Shown here: positions 26,350 to 39,739 of the stretch, piece by piece
Position numbering within the stretch: position 1 is the first letter of the stretch
Layout of the letters: every line of letters begins with the position of its first letter
Assembly: GCA_964016885.1 (NCBI GenBank)
Contig: OZ024741.1
Location: forward strand, 63,116,001 to 63,180,000
Source: Eledone cirrhosa
Taxonomy: Eukaryota
Reading direction: 5' to 3'
Length of the DNA stretch: 64,000 bases
Position numbers and translations under genes: made by a program
The notes under the pieces: generated by a model
The model's database searches: none
Told to the model about the DNA's origin: nothing
What the model saw: the letters and a program-made list of their open reading frames with translations, nothing else

Positions 26350-26965
26350 AACATGTAATTTTTTAACACAAGTTTATGGAGATGCCACTCTATCGTGATG
26401 TAGGGTTTTTATGTGGCGTAAAACTTTCAAGAAGGGTAGAGAAAATGTTGAAAGCCAAACTCGTTCTGGAAGGACAAACTCGTTAACAAATGAAAGAATG
26501 TGAATGTGGATGGTGATGTTGAAAGATCGGCGATTATATGTTAGGATGTTTCCAGAAGAAATGGGCTTGGATGAAAATGAAATTGCAGACCATTTTCACA
26601 AGTGAGGAGCGGTAAATGAAAAATTCTCCTCATCCGAAGAAAGCACGAATATGCACATCCAGGGTGAAAACAACGATTATCATTTTATTGACAGCCATGA
26701 TATTGCTCACATAGAATTTATTACCCCCATGACAGACAGTTAAACGCATCTCATACAAAAATGTTTTGGAGCGACTTCGAAAACAGTTCTAGCGAGTCCG
26801 AAAGGAGATTGTAGGAGGTTGAGTATTGACCCACGATAACGTTGGGACTACTGTGTGACATCACAAGGTCCGCATTTTGAAGGGTATAACTTGTAAATTC
26901 ACGTACGTCTAATATACATTTAAATAAAACAAAACGACTCTTACTTTTGGTACAAGCCGCCTATA
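26350..26965 (+). mobile_element. Decayed mariner transposase remnant
   Basis: Fragments ENVESQTRSGR, FIDSHDIAHIEF, QTVKR..YKNVLERLRK..RVRKEI, and THDN (HDNA motif). Confidence 0.65.
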
Positions 26966-27270
26966 TATGTAACAACTGTTGATCGTTATAAATAATAGTA
27001 ATTTTGCCTTTCATCCTTACGGGGTCGATAAAATAAAGTACCAGTAATACACTGAGTATTTGCTGGCCTTGTGCCTAACGTAGAAACAGTTATAAATAAT
27101 AGTAATTTTAAATAATTGGGGAAATTACGCTAACAGGATAAGTGGCTAGCAATAACAATTGAAAAACGAACTATGTATATCTCGAATTCCGGCCGAAAAC
27201 GTTAACCACACGTATGTAATCATATATATATACACGTATATATATATACATACACACACATATATATATA

Positions 27271-28154
27271 CGAGTAGGGTCAGAAAAGTTCCAGGACTGA
27301 TGTCACAAAAGATTTATTTCAAACCCAAACTTCAAACTAAGAGTTTTCTCCTTCAAAGTAATCCCCCTGGAGTCTAATGCACCTTTCCATCCTTTTCTGC
27401 CACGCTTGCATGCATTCCTGGAAGGATTCTTCCGGGATCCTCCGTAGTTCCGTCGTCACGGCACTTTTGATGTCGTCACGTCTTCAAAACGGGTCCCCTC
27501 CGGGTCTTACTCGAAGATCCATGATTCATCATCGGTGATGACTGTCCCTAGCAAGTCTGGTTCGGTTTCAAGACGCTCGAGGATGTCCTGGCACACTTGC
27601 ATGTGTCGAACCCTTCTGGTCATCGTTCAGCAGTTTTGGTACCATCTTCGCGCAGACTTTCCGCATGTCCAAATCTTCAGTGAGAATCTTCCAGACGCTG
27701 TCCAGCTCATTTGCCATCAGTCGAACAGTCAGCCGACGATCGCTACGCACCATCTGCCTGACGCGCTCCGTGTTGACCCCAGTACTGGTTGTTGAGGGCC
27801 TTCCGCTCCTGGGGTCATCTTCCACGTCCCCGTGTCCTTCTTTAAACCTCTTGCACCACTCAAAAACACGTGAGCCTGACATCGCCTCATCTCCATACAC
27901 TTGCTGCAGCAATCCCAGTGCCTCTGACGGAGTTTTCAAGTTTGTTCGTTGCTCTGTGCTCATTGCTTGACGACCTGAAACAGAGGACATGTATATAAAA
28001 TTATGAAGAAAAAAGTTTGATCGCTGCAGAGAGCTAAGATTACAGTTACATACTCCAGGGGGATTACTTTCAAGGTGAAAACTCTCAGTGTGAAGTTTGC
28101 GTCTGAAATGAATCTTTTGTGACATCAGTCTTGGAACTTTTCTGACCCACCTCG
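27271..28154 (-). mobile_element. Internally deleted mariner element with ~100-bp TIRs and TA TSD
   Basis: TA-CGAGTAGGGTCAGAAAAGTTCC... and ...GGAACTTTTCTGACCCACCTCG-TA. Encodes the HTH EQRTNLK..VYGDEAMSGSRVFEWCKRFKEG..DDPRSGRPST, KMVPKLL, and ITDDESW. Confidence 0.92.
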
Positions 28155-28246
28155 TATATATGTATATGTGCATTTATGTATGCATGTAAACACACACATA
28201 TCTATATATGAGTTTATAGGTATATGTGTTTATATCTATGCATGTA

Positions 28247-28301
<55 letters not shown>

Positions 28302-29133
28302 GTATATATACCGTTCTCATTTCAGCTGATTGTCAACGTAGCCGGAAGCAAAGAGTTGCCAATAAAATTGACTACTAGAATAACTTCGATCATTATCAAC
28401 GATCATTATCTGTCTTGTCCGCCGAGGGTGGTAGATTGGCAGTATCGGTAGAGGGTCGGACGCTATGCTTTGCAGCATAGAGTGACGGCTCTTTATGATA
28501 TGAGCTCAAATCCCGCCGAGGTTAACTTTGCCTTTCATCCTTATGGGGTAGATAAAATAAAGTACCAGTCACGCACTGGGGTCGATTTAATCGACTTTCC
28601 CTTCCCTCCAAATTACTGGCGTTGTGCCTATATAAGAAACCCTTATCTGTCTTGTCTGCCGAGGTTAACTTTGCCTTTCATCCTTACGGGGACGATACAA
28701 AAAAGTACCAGTAATGTTTTAATTGCTGGCCTTGTGCCAAAAGTAGAAACTATTATCTGTCTTGTTTCTGTTGTATAGCTACATAATGTACAATACCAAT
28801 AGAAAAGAGAGTTTATGCTAACACTGAATGTAGTTTCCATGTTACCATGGTCGTATTACTCACCAACGATTCTATCCAGGATAGAACGAAGAACTTTTTT
28901 TTTAAGTGGAGTGCTTTCATATGTCATCGGTGACTAAAAAAATTGATAGAACTTGCCTTTTTATCCCAGAAAACATCTGCGGTGTAACCCTTCAAAGCCT
29001 GATACTTTCCATTCATATCAATTAGGGGTAAATGCAACAATTCATAATGAAATAAATATGTGTTGCGTTCCTCATCATTATATTTCTGTCATTGTATTTT
29101 ATGAACAGATATGTTTAGGGAGCTATATACATA

Positions 29134-29508
29134 TCTATACTATAAAGCTGTCGGCCGTATGTAAGTAACAAACTTTTCGCCAAGCGGTTGGACCAAATGG
29201 CACCAAATTTGCACCATAGATGTAACTTTATCCAATTAAGAAAGTGAGTGTATTTTTGTCTACTGAATTTTGTTAAAAGATTAAAGACATTATTTAAATA
29301 TTCACTTCTTTAAAATTTTCAAATGTCAACACTTCCGGTTATACGACATTCCTAACGTCTTCACGGACCAAAGTATCATCTTCCTGTTTTCTTTCGGTTG
29401 CAACGTTTTTCGAAATATTTACTTCTGCGTTCACAGATTGATTTTTTAGTTTCAGAGATCCCGTTAAGGGTGAACGCAGCGATTCTTTGCTTAAACTTTA
29501 ATCTATTA

Positions 29509-29580
<72 letters not shown>

Positions 29581-29925
29581 TATTCGTGTACAGATATTTT
29601 TATATACACAAAAACAAAATATAAACAAACGTATTTATTTCACGAAAGCACAGACGGCTTATCGACATTGTTACTGCTGATATACCACCCAAAATGTCCT
29701 AGCCTGGCCGCAAGATCAGATTTTACAGAAGAAAAAATGTTACTAGAGCAACAGAGAGACTAAGCTTCGCGATTACTATCAATAAAGCTCAGGGTCAAAC
29801 CCTAAAAGGGGCTGGAAAACCATGGTCAATTGTATGTAGGATGCTTTAGGTTGAGCTCGCCAAACAATCTCTTCATCTTTGCAGAACAAAATATAATGTA
29901 TACTCTGAGACTCTCACAATGTAAT
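29134..29925 (+). mobile_element. Helitron remnant (5' TC end plus PIF1-like helicase C-terminus)
   Basis: A|TCTATACTATAAAG start. 29757-29920 encodes RLSFAITINKAQGQTLKGAG and HGQLYVGCFRL (helicase motifs V/VI). Confidence 0.72.
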
Positions 29926-29970
29926 TTATGTAATTTCTGTTACTTTGAATTTCCATAATGGTTGCACAAA

Positions 29971-30161
29971 GCCAGCAAGTATTTGAACTCAGATCATAAA
30001 GGGACATAACCATGCTTTCTAGCATAGTTATGTCCCTTTATGATCTGAGTTCAAATCCCGCCGAGGTTAACTTTGCCTTTCATCCTTACGGGGTCGATAA
30101 AATAAAGTACCAGTTATGTACTGGATAATTGCTGGCCTTGTGCCAAAAAGTAGAAACAATT
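29971..30161 (+). mobile_element. SINE copy with 5' fold-back duplication and 13-bp TSD
   Basis: 29981-30016 pairs with 30021-30056. TSD ATGGTTG(C/T)ACAAA at 29958-29970 and 30162-30174. Confidence 0.82.
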
Positions 30162-30868
30162 ATGGTTGTACAAATGATTGTACAGTTTGTTAAATAATTT
30201 GTTCCCTGTTCAACCTTTATTGTTGTAACTATCAATTTTCTTTAACGTACTGGCTGAGAAAAGAAACCTACAATGAAAGAACATTTTAAAGTTTACCCAA
30301 GCCAAATGTATTTATTAACATTTCTATCTGCAGGTTCTTAGCAAGCTTACTGGCGCTTTAGTATGGTATTCATATCGTTTTTGATTGATATGGTGCATAT
30401 ATCGCAGCTATTCATATGTTTTAAACATTAAATAACGATTGCTGATGTACATTGTACGACAGAATTAGCTGGAAAATATTTTGAATGAACAAATAAAAGA
30501 GATATAAAAGAGAGATGTTTATTGGTTGGTTCCTTCGCGTATCACACGAAAAAAACGAAAAGTGACAATCGGAAAATATGTACAGGATTGGGATAAGAGT
30601 ATATCCAGGAAAGTTTATTGATACTAATTTTATAACACCAAGAAGAAGAAAGACAGACCACGTATGCTAACCAACCTGACTGATGTTTCTAGCAGGTTGG
30701 TAATCAACCATATTGGATTCTCTCTGCGAGTTCGTGGTCAGTGATGAGAGTGTTTCGCGGCCTATGTCTCCGATTCCAACGGTGGTTTACTCACACACAC
30801 ACATTCACACATACACACACGTTCGTGCGGACACGCACACACACACGAACACTCACACAGGCACACAC

Positions 30869-30923
<55 letters not shown>

Positions 30924-30925
30924 CA

Positions 30926-31009
<84 letters not shown>

Positions 31010-33298
31010 CACAAACACACACAAACACACACACAATACACACACACTGTAAACAAGACAATGCCTTCAATACAGACGTTTTCTCTTCTGCCGGTCTTCT
31101 CTTATCATTTGTTAACCTTGGTGAAGCTGCGTACCTCAACTAGTCTTGCTAGGAAATTGTCTAAACGGCTTTTAGATTCTTGAATGAGTGTTGAACTGAT
31201 TTTCTTTCTCTTTCTTAAAACTCATCAATAATTTGTTTTACGTCTGCTTTCGAATATGCTGAACGAAAACTACAATATAAGCACTTACAGATATGTAAAT
31301 AAGGTTGGAAATTTACATAATTGTAAAAGCTAGATAGCTTGACATTGTATTGTAAGAGTGTCAGACAAAATGCTTTGCAGTATTTCGTTTTGGCTCTACA
31401 CGTTCAGTGTTTAAATTTTAATGAAGTGCACTTTAACTTTCACGTTTAAGGGGTCGATAATGTAAAGTACCTATAAAATGACTTCTGCTCCCTCCAAAGA
31501 TTTTGTGTCTAAATTTAAACCATTAAAAACTACAGTATAGCCTATTGTACCAATATAGTATGTGTTAAATATGGGGTGTTATATCCCCGTATTTAAGTAA
31601 AATACATTTTATTTCGCTAATTAATAGTTATTAGGTTCACACTATATTTATTTCCTTTCTTCTTGAACTTAACAATTTTCATACATTTTTCTAATAATTT
31701 AGGATCTAGCTTGTCTTTTTAAGTGTCAGAACTTCCTGTTGGTTCATTACTAGCTCTATTCGTTACTAACAGCTTAAGAAACCGAACAATATAGAAATTT
31801 CAACATATTTTAATCAATCCTTACAGGCTCCTCCATTACATACACATTTATTCAAATTTCTGAACTTCACCCTATCATTTTCCCCAACTTATACTGTCTC
31901 ATATTTCTTTGGTTTGATTTTCACTTAAAGTTTATTGAGATAAAGGTTATATCTAGAAGCAATACGCAAAATCCTCATCAGATATGAAGTCAAAGTTCAT
32001 GAGATGGTGGCCCTTGTTTGTCATTCGGATTTGCTATAGCAATACATACGCAAACGGAAAGATAACATGAGAAAACGTTCTGCTTGACGTTGCTATTGCT
32101 TATGATTAAATAATTTCTTTCTTTCAGCTCTTCAATACTCGAATATATTACGAATCAATTGAAACAATACGCCCACATAATTATATATAAGTTATACGTA
32201 ATATATATACACATGTAATCCTAGACAATTCCAAACAATATAGTACTAGAGTTTAATCAAAATCTCCAGCAAATGCTAATAAAACAGATGTGACAAAATC
32301 AATTGGTGCTGAAAATAGTGATTCCGCATTGCTGTAAACGTGTCATGCGCAAGAGATATAAAAATCTCGTCCAAAATTCTGTAAAGAGGAATATGATATG
32401 TTACTTGGCAACCTACACATTCTATATTCATATCGAAATTCTATTATTTGTGGTTAACATATAAATGTTGAGGCAACATTCTTGAAAAGACACAATTTAA
32501 ATGTCGAGAGAATATGGAAGTAATAAACACGTGTAGTATGCTCTGGAAATGAGTCACTAGAACGCAGGATAAAAACCATTGCGGTGTTTGTTCCGTATTT
32601 CTGCATTACTGAGAGTTCATAACCCACGTAAGCGAGTTTTATCATATATTGTTTCAGTGTCAGTAAAATTAGGTACCAATCCTGGGTGTTGAATTGGCAG
32701 AATTGTTCAAGCTTCGGATATGGTAACTTTCGGTATGTGTTTCGGCTTTTCACGTTCTGATTTCAAATCCTGTTTTTGCTTATTTATCTGGGAGACTTTA
32801 CCGCTGACCAATTTATAACTATCACTTAGTTTTTTGGGGTCTTCAACAGAATCAGTTCAGTTGTTATTTATCTCCATATATGTATATCTTTTCTCTTCTT
32901 TTATCTCCTCGGCCTCGGAGACCTCGAAAAGAGTCATGGACAATGAATTTTCTTCATTGGTTAAAATCATGTTTCTAACATTTTAGTAAGTGAGAATGGA
33001 CTGCTTTCTTTGGTCATCAAACATAATACTCAACTCGAATAAGAACCAGGGCATGCACGCGCACATATATATATGAAAAAATAAATATATAATATAAACA
33101 TCTAAATAGTTTGGAAACAGCATAGTCTATATGTACAGAAATTAAAATAAATATCTGTATGAGCTTCAAGAGTAATACAAAAAAAAATAGTTTCTGTTGA
33201 GTGTAGACTGGCTTCGATGTTTGTATGCATGTATGTGTGCACTTCGTTTTCATTCTGCCTCTGACTCTCCACTTTTCATTTTCTCTTTCCTCTACCCC

Positions 33299-33409
<111 letters not shown>

Positions 33410-33967
33410 CGAGCGTATTCGCGGTTCAGTGGAACGTGTTATTTCATAGTTCATTAGGTTCTAGATCAGCGATAACGTCAAATACTGTTTAAAGATTGCT
33501 TTATAATTTTAATTATTGCCAACTAAAGAAGGAAACCAATTTCCACACTGTTTGATTGCATTAAAAGTTCAGTTAAAATGAAAACATCAATCTATATTTT
33601 GCAAACCACCCGACGTATCCCTAATATAATATTTATTATTTTCGCCAAGTTTATTATATAATATGAAATGTGGCGTAATGCTTAACTGATCTCTTCCTGA
33701 TATAATTTTTTCAAACTTTCAATTTGAAGAATGGGACTCCTTAATTACAGCAATATATATATACATATTTTAAATGAACCAAACTATGAAAATATGAAGG
33801 GACCATAGCAAGTAAAACACGCACACACACACACATACACACACACACACACACACGCACACACCTATATATATATATAAAACACACACCAGACATATAC
33901 ATATATATATATGGGGTATAATATCAATGATATTAATAAATGGAAACTATATTTATAAAACCATATT

Positions 33968-34028
33968 TATTCTATTATATATATTTCAAGAGTACCAAAA
34001 CTTTGGTACGCCCTCATCAGATAAAATA
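33968..34028 (-). ncRNA. Minimal type-I hammerhead ribozyme (minus strand)
   Basis: UAUUUUAU-CUGAUGA-GGGCGUACCAA(AGUU)UUGGUACUCUU-GAAA-UAUAUA-UA-AUAGAAUA. Confidence 0.8.
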
Positions 34029-34108
34029 CTTAACAGTTCAGGTTCCGTTTAGAACGGAACCCGAACTGTTAAGGTCTGGGTATGTCACTATTTATAAAAC
34101 AAATTTTG

Positions 34109-34169
34109 TATTTTATCTGATGAGAGCGTACCAAAATGTTGGTACCCTTGAAATATATATAATAGAATA
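34109..34169 (+). ncRNA. Minimal type-I hammerhead ribozyme (plus strand)
   Basis: UAUUUUAU-CUGAUGA(34117-34123)-GAGCGUACCAA(AAUG)UUGGUACCCUU-GAAA-UAUAUA-UA-AUAGAAUA. Confidence 0.82.
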
Positions 34170-34569
34170 AATATAGTTTTATAAATATAATAGAATAAAT
34201 ATAGTTTTATAAATATAATAGAATAAATATAGTTTTATAAATATAATTTCCATTTATTAATTTCATTGATATATATATAGATATATAGATAGATATAGAT
34301 AGTTATGTTTCTTTTATTTGCCACCAGGGCATCAAAAGCGGGAGAAGTACAATGGGGGAGTTTACAAAACAAGGCGTCCTCAATAAGGAGGAGGCAATAA
34401 CAATATATAAAAATAAAATAAAATATAACAAAAAATAAAATTTATAACAAAGTCCTCAATAGAGAGGAGGCGCCTTGGGGGGTCGCACCCCCCCCTGTAA
34501 AAAGGTGTGCAACCCTTTTCCTCAGGAGCACAGAGAAGGGGTGCTCCCTTGGTCTTTCATCTTCCTCAC

Positions 34570-37500
34570 CTATAGTCTGATGTAGAGTGCAGGCCCATTC
34601 ACACGGGCCATTCTCGCCACTTTCACCCATCTTTCATAAAAACGGCTGGTGTGCAGCACCTCTCTCTCCATCCTCATCCTTCTTCCGAAATGATATCCGA
34701 AGAAACGGACCAGTTGTTGGCCAGAGAGAAAGGTGTTTGACCTCAGTCCTTTCAGACGCGTCCACCATACAACCTCTTTCACCATGGCTATTACGCACAG
34801 AAACACAGCCTCTTCTTCGTTTTTGAAGAGGGGAGGCGGCTTGATCGTTACAATAGACTCGGTGGTCAACCGGATCGGTCGCACCCTTGACAGCAGTTGT
34901 TCGACATAGCCCCACAGATCGGCAATGCCCGAGCAGTGTACCAATGCGTGTGCAACGGTTTCCTCGTCGCACACGCATCTGGGACAGATCTTTTTCGAGG
35001 GGTCCCTACCCGGGCGCCCGTGTCTGTAGAGCCTTTCTCGAACGGGCAGAGCCCTTCTGTAGCATTGTCAGGCCAGGGACCTCTGGAAGTTATCCATGGG
35101 TCCCGGGCTGAATGTCCTACCGAACAGGTTTGCCAGTTCGTCTTCCTCCATGCCTAGGGCTTCTCCGAGGGCGTCGTCGCACCTGCTAACCACCAGCCCT
35201 CTATAGAATGACGAGGTGGATTCTCCACTGACAGCCGGGTCCGCCTGCTAGAGAGCCGTGAGCGCCTGGGCACACTCGGTGTGCCAGGCGCCCAGTTTTC
35301 TCGGTCTTTGCTTGACCCAGGATTGCAGCTCGGTGAGTGAGACGAGTCTGGGAAAGGCTCGCCTCACAAACGGGGCCCACACCGGTTGAACGGTGAGGAA
35401 TACCTGGAGGTGCCGTAGCCTTAATACGTGTTTACGTATCATTCGCCACGACATCCCCAGCCCTCCTTTCGAAGGGTGTTGACAGCAGATGGATCTCCTC
35501 ACCATAGGAGCCCGCTATTTCCAAAGGAATTGGAACTGTGCGCGCTCCATTTTGGCGAGCGTTTCCCTTGGGCAAGGCACGATGGTCAGGCGGTAGTAGA
35601 TGACTGACGCTATATAAGTGTTCGCCACCTCCGCCCGACCTTTCAAGGACAGTTTGCACTCGGCCCTCTTCTGGGTCAATGCAAACACCCTGTTCGTTAC
35701 CTCACCCCAGTTCTTCTTCACCGGGCCCTCCGTCCAGCGCCCGACGACGCAGATGCGGCTGCTGTGCATGGCATTGATCCAGCCCCTGAAAACGGGTCCG
35801 AAGCCTGCCGCCGCTAGCACCGCATCCAGGTAACCATGGTCAACCCTATCGAATGCCTTAGATTGATCCAAGTTGATCAGGGCCCCACCAAAGCCGGGTT
35901 CGTTTCCAACCCTCTCTATGATGTATCGCATGAGGTGGAGGTTGTCGTGGATGGACCTGGACGGGATAGCACATGTCTGCGCATCTCCCACCAGGTTGCC
36001 CACGACAAACGTCAACCTCTTTGCTAGCACCTTGGCCAAAATCTGTAACTCTGTATTTAGCAGAGTTATGGGCCTGAAATTATTTATATCGTCCCCCTTG
36101 TTCTCGTCCTTCCTCACTAGCGTGACTACGCCCTTGGTCACAGCACAGGGAATTCTCCCGTTCTTTTGCCAGTTGCAGTAGACCGCCTCGAGGAGATCGG
36201 GGAACAAGTCCGGCATAGCTAGATATAGTTCGTATGGAAGACCATCGAGACCCGGGGATTTGCGTTTGCCGCATTGGCTCAGCACGTCTTCTATCTCAGC
36301 GGCTGAAATCGGCTCCTCGCAGGACTTCGCCTCCCTGTCCGAGAGACGCGGCAGGCCGTCGAGGTATGGACCGAAGTCCACATCTCCAACCGGCCCCCCG
36401 CCCCTTCCGAACAATTCGGCAAAGTGCTTTTGAAAAGCCTCGCACATCTGCTTAGGTTCAAGGATCACCCGTCCATCCTGGTCTCGCGAAGACCGGATAG
36501 TGGATCTGCTCCCTCTTTTGGCTTCTGTCACGCGGGCCCAGCTAACAGCTTTGGTCCCCTCGTTTCCCAGAGCACGTATTTTGCTTCGGACGATGCAGCC
36601 TTCGTGTTTCGCGTCGAAGAACTGGCCCAGGGCCGTTGTCGACGCTAGCACTCTGGCCACGTCGCCGCTTCTAATTGCCTCTCTACACTATCTACCAACT
36701 CCATTTCCTTCCTATTTCTATTTGAGGCTAACTCCTTACTAAATTCTATAGAGACTACTCTAATCTCTCTTTTGAGAGATCCCCACCACCAGCTGTTGAC
36801 GATGGCGCCCGTCAACCGCTCCTTAACTAAATTGCTAATCCGGTCCCTGTAAGCCTTACTTGCCGGTAAGGACAAGTTGAGCTTCCAGTAACCGGATCCC
36901 TGTCTATGAGTACTGTCAAGGTTGACCATGCAGGTCACTAACTTGTGGTCTGAATAGCCAACCATGCGCATTTTTGGACAACTTAAAAAGTCCTTATCCT
37001 TAATTCTAACTAAGAACCTATCTAGGTACGACCTAGATGATCCGCTACGATTTGCCCAAGTCCAGGTTGGCGCAGTCGGAAAATCTAGTCGATATCTATC
37101 GGCCAGGTCAAATCGACCGATTAACCCTTTGAGGTTATTACACCCCCATCTATCGGGACAGGCCCCTACGTAGTCCCAGCGTGCATCTAGGATACCATTC
37201 CAGTCCCCCACTAATAGCAAGGAGCAGGACGTCCCTAGAAAAGTCTCCAGACGATGGAAGAAGTCCGGCCGCATTGACCCGAAAGGGCCGTAGGCGGCTA
37301 CCAACCTAAACGCTCCGTCTTTACCACTGCCAAGGTCCAGAACCACTAGTCGACCCTCCGGGTCCAAATGTACCATCTGTGTTGCGAGACCCAGATGTTT
37401 TTGCAGCAGAACGACAACCCCACCCCCACCTCCGGGCTGACAGAGAGATGCGTGCATCTCAAAGTCATCAAAGGTGGGGGCCAGCTGTCGCACGTTGCTG

Positions 37501-37625
37501 ATCCGGGCCTCGCAAATAACCATCACATCTATACGTTGTGACCTGAGGTCATTTAGAAGCATTGCTTGCTTCCAAGTTGAGCCCAGGCCACGCGCATTTA
37601 AACAGCCTACTCTTAGCATAGCCAT
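34570..37625 (-). pseudogene. Tx1 B ORF2 (APE, RT, Zn knuckle), disrupted
   Basis: CLNARG, GDWN, YLDR, SDH; FRPITLLN, LDQSKAFDRVDH. It jumps from WINAMHSS to VVGRWTEGP, so the QG..S and YADD motifs are deleted. Several frameshifts. Confidence 0.88.
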
Positions 37626-37649
37626 GTTGGTGGTGAAGAGAAAAGGCAC

Positions 37650-39433
37650 TTACCTCTCTGCGTCCCGGGTATCGGGCTGCACAATTTCCATTAGGGTGGG
37701 GGATGGGTTGTTGGGTGGGGTGGTGGTTTGTGGAAGTGTAGGGGCATCAGTGTGTTGTGTGGTTGGGGAGTTTGGAGTTGTGTGGGTGTTTGGGGAGGTG
37801 GTGGGGTAGTTTTTTTAGGAGGAAGCGGTTAATGGGCCCGACGCATGGAGGACCCACGTCCTCTTTAAAGTTGTTTTTTAAAGTTTTATAGGTGTCCTGT
37901 GGGGCCTTAATCATTTTGAGGTGGGGGAAATCCCCTGCCTGGGTGAAGTTAGGCCCTTGGGCTTTTATTAGATTGTTGTTGTACACAATGTTTAACAGTT
38001 TTTTGTTTCTTGTGTTTATGTATGTGTATGCATGTTTTTGTTTTTGTGTGGTGTTTTTTGTTTGCTGTTGTTGTGAGCTCTTTTGTGTTGGTGTCAGTGT
38101 TATGTTTTGGGGAGGGGTTGTTTTCATTTGTGTGTCTGAGGTGTGTTTTCTTTTTTTTCTTTTGATTGTGTGGAAGTGCTCCTCCTCGTCTGACGACGAA
38201 CTAGGGTCATCTTCCGCGTTGGAGGGGAGGGGTATATTTTCGGGTTGTGTTTGCGGTGCGGGTGTTTTTTTTTTTTTTTTTAGTGGGGGGGGATGGGTTG
38301 GACATTGTTTTGTTATGGTTTGAGCTGTGGTTGTTGTTTTTGTAGTGGTAGTTGTGGTGATTGTGTTGGTTGTGCAGTTGTTGGTGGTGTAGGCAGGATT
38401 GGGGTTTTCTTATTAAGTTGGGGACAGACAGCCCTCAGGTGACCTCTGGTTCCGCAGAGGTAACACGAGGGCCGCCTACCCTCAACGGTAATGTTGATGA
38501 AAGTTTGGTCATCCAGTAAGACGCGTTCAGGGATCTGGGCGATCCTTTCGGGCCTCATTTGAACTACAAGTTCGAGGCTCGTTCCATTGAACGCGTCACC
38601 CGATGCCTTTCCCATGGACACCAGCGTGTCATCATCCAGGTCCAGGAAACCTGTCAAAACCCACCATATGTCCATAATCGGCAGGATGGTGTGGATTTTT
38701 ATTTTTTGTGTTCTTCTACCCATGTACGTAGGGTAGAAGGTGTATGCGGTGGATGTGATTGGTTTGATGGACAGTTTCACTGCTGTGTCCCTGTCCTTCA
38801 TGAGAATGGATAGACTCCCGTAGAGTCTATCCTTCTGAATGAAGGTGATGTCCTTCATGACGTCTTTTAAAACCAGCTCTATCTCGCTCTGTGATGGTTG
38901 AGCTGGTTTTTTGCTTTTATTTGAGATTGTCCTAAACATGACAGTGTTTAGGAGTCTCTGGCTTTTTAGTTCCGGGGGGGGGGGAAATGGATTTTGAATG
39001 AACCATTTTCCCCGTACACTATATATTTTTTGGCATCTGCCAGTAGCTCCTTCGCTTTGGTTATATCTACTGGCAGATAGTCGAGGGTTTTCCTTGCCGT
39101 CTCGGCGAAGGAGAAATTTTTTTTGTTTGTGTTGCTGTTGTAGTTGGTGGTGTTGTTGTTATTATTGTTGTTGTTATCACAGTTATTGGTCTTGTTGTTG
39201 TTGTTATTGGTGTTGTTTTCGTCCGTCGCATTGTTGTTGTTGTTGTTGCTGGTGCCGCTGGTTCTTTGGTTTGTTGCTATGGCAACGTCAAGTTGTCGGT
39301 CGACAGGTGGAGAAAATCCTTCCTCTGGCTGACATTTCTTTTTGACCTCTGCTACTGTGACAGTGGCAGGGGGAAGCTGTAAGCTTATCTTCCCCTTTCC
39401 TCCTTCGAATTTTGGTGAAGATGCTTCAGCCAT
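37650..39433 (-). pseudogene. Tx1 B ORF1 (Asn-rich N-terminus, CCHC knuckle)
   Basis: Starts MAEASSPK; contains SFAE and VEGRRPSCYLCGTRGHLRAVC. Frameshifts at homopolymers near 38980 and 38280. Confidence 0.83.
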
Positions 39434-39651
39434 TTTTATCAAAATAGGATTTTTCGAAATTTTTCGAAAGATAACATTTTTACAACACTATTTCGCCTAA
39501 AGGCGTAGAATATTTTGAGAGACTGACCAGATCAAAATTTGACCTGGCAGTCTCTCTACAAAATGGTACAAAAATGAAAGTTTACAGTTCACAATTTCCA
39601 GATAAATTTAAACGAAACTTACCGAGCGAGCTCAGCACATGTGTCTATCCC

Positions 39652-39663
39652 AGATAGATAGAT

Positions 39664-39734
<71 letters not shown>

Positions 39735-39739
39735 TAGAC
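39652..39739. repeat. (GATA)n microsatellite
   Basis: Direct reading. Confidence 0.97.

Larger units (their letters stand above)
33917..34275. mobile_element. Non-coding fold-back element made of two divergent hammerhead/pLTR units around a central hairpin
   Basis: Arms are reverse complements. Central hairpin TTAACAGTTC.GGTTCCGTTT/AGAACGGAACC.GAACTGTTAA. A ~29-bp unit is triplicated at 34159-34247. Confidence 0.85.
34303..39651 (-). mobile_element. Tx1/L1-clade LINE, element B, with intact ends and an RT-core deletion
   Basis: Same architecture as element A. 3' end CCCTGGTGGCAAATAAAAGAAA. Flanked by GATA repeats, with candidate TSD AGATAGATATAGATAG at 34287-34302 and 39656-39671. Confidence 0.92.

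Noticed and set aside
28864-28933. AG/GT-bounded open 70-nt segment (SPMTYESTPLKKKVLRSILDRIV) as the next GPCR exon
   Set aside because: It lacks the conserved V after FLNSE, and the adjacent VFWDKK motif indicates a decayed mariner transposase.
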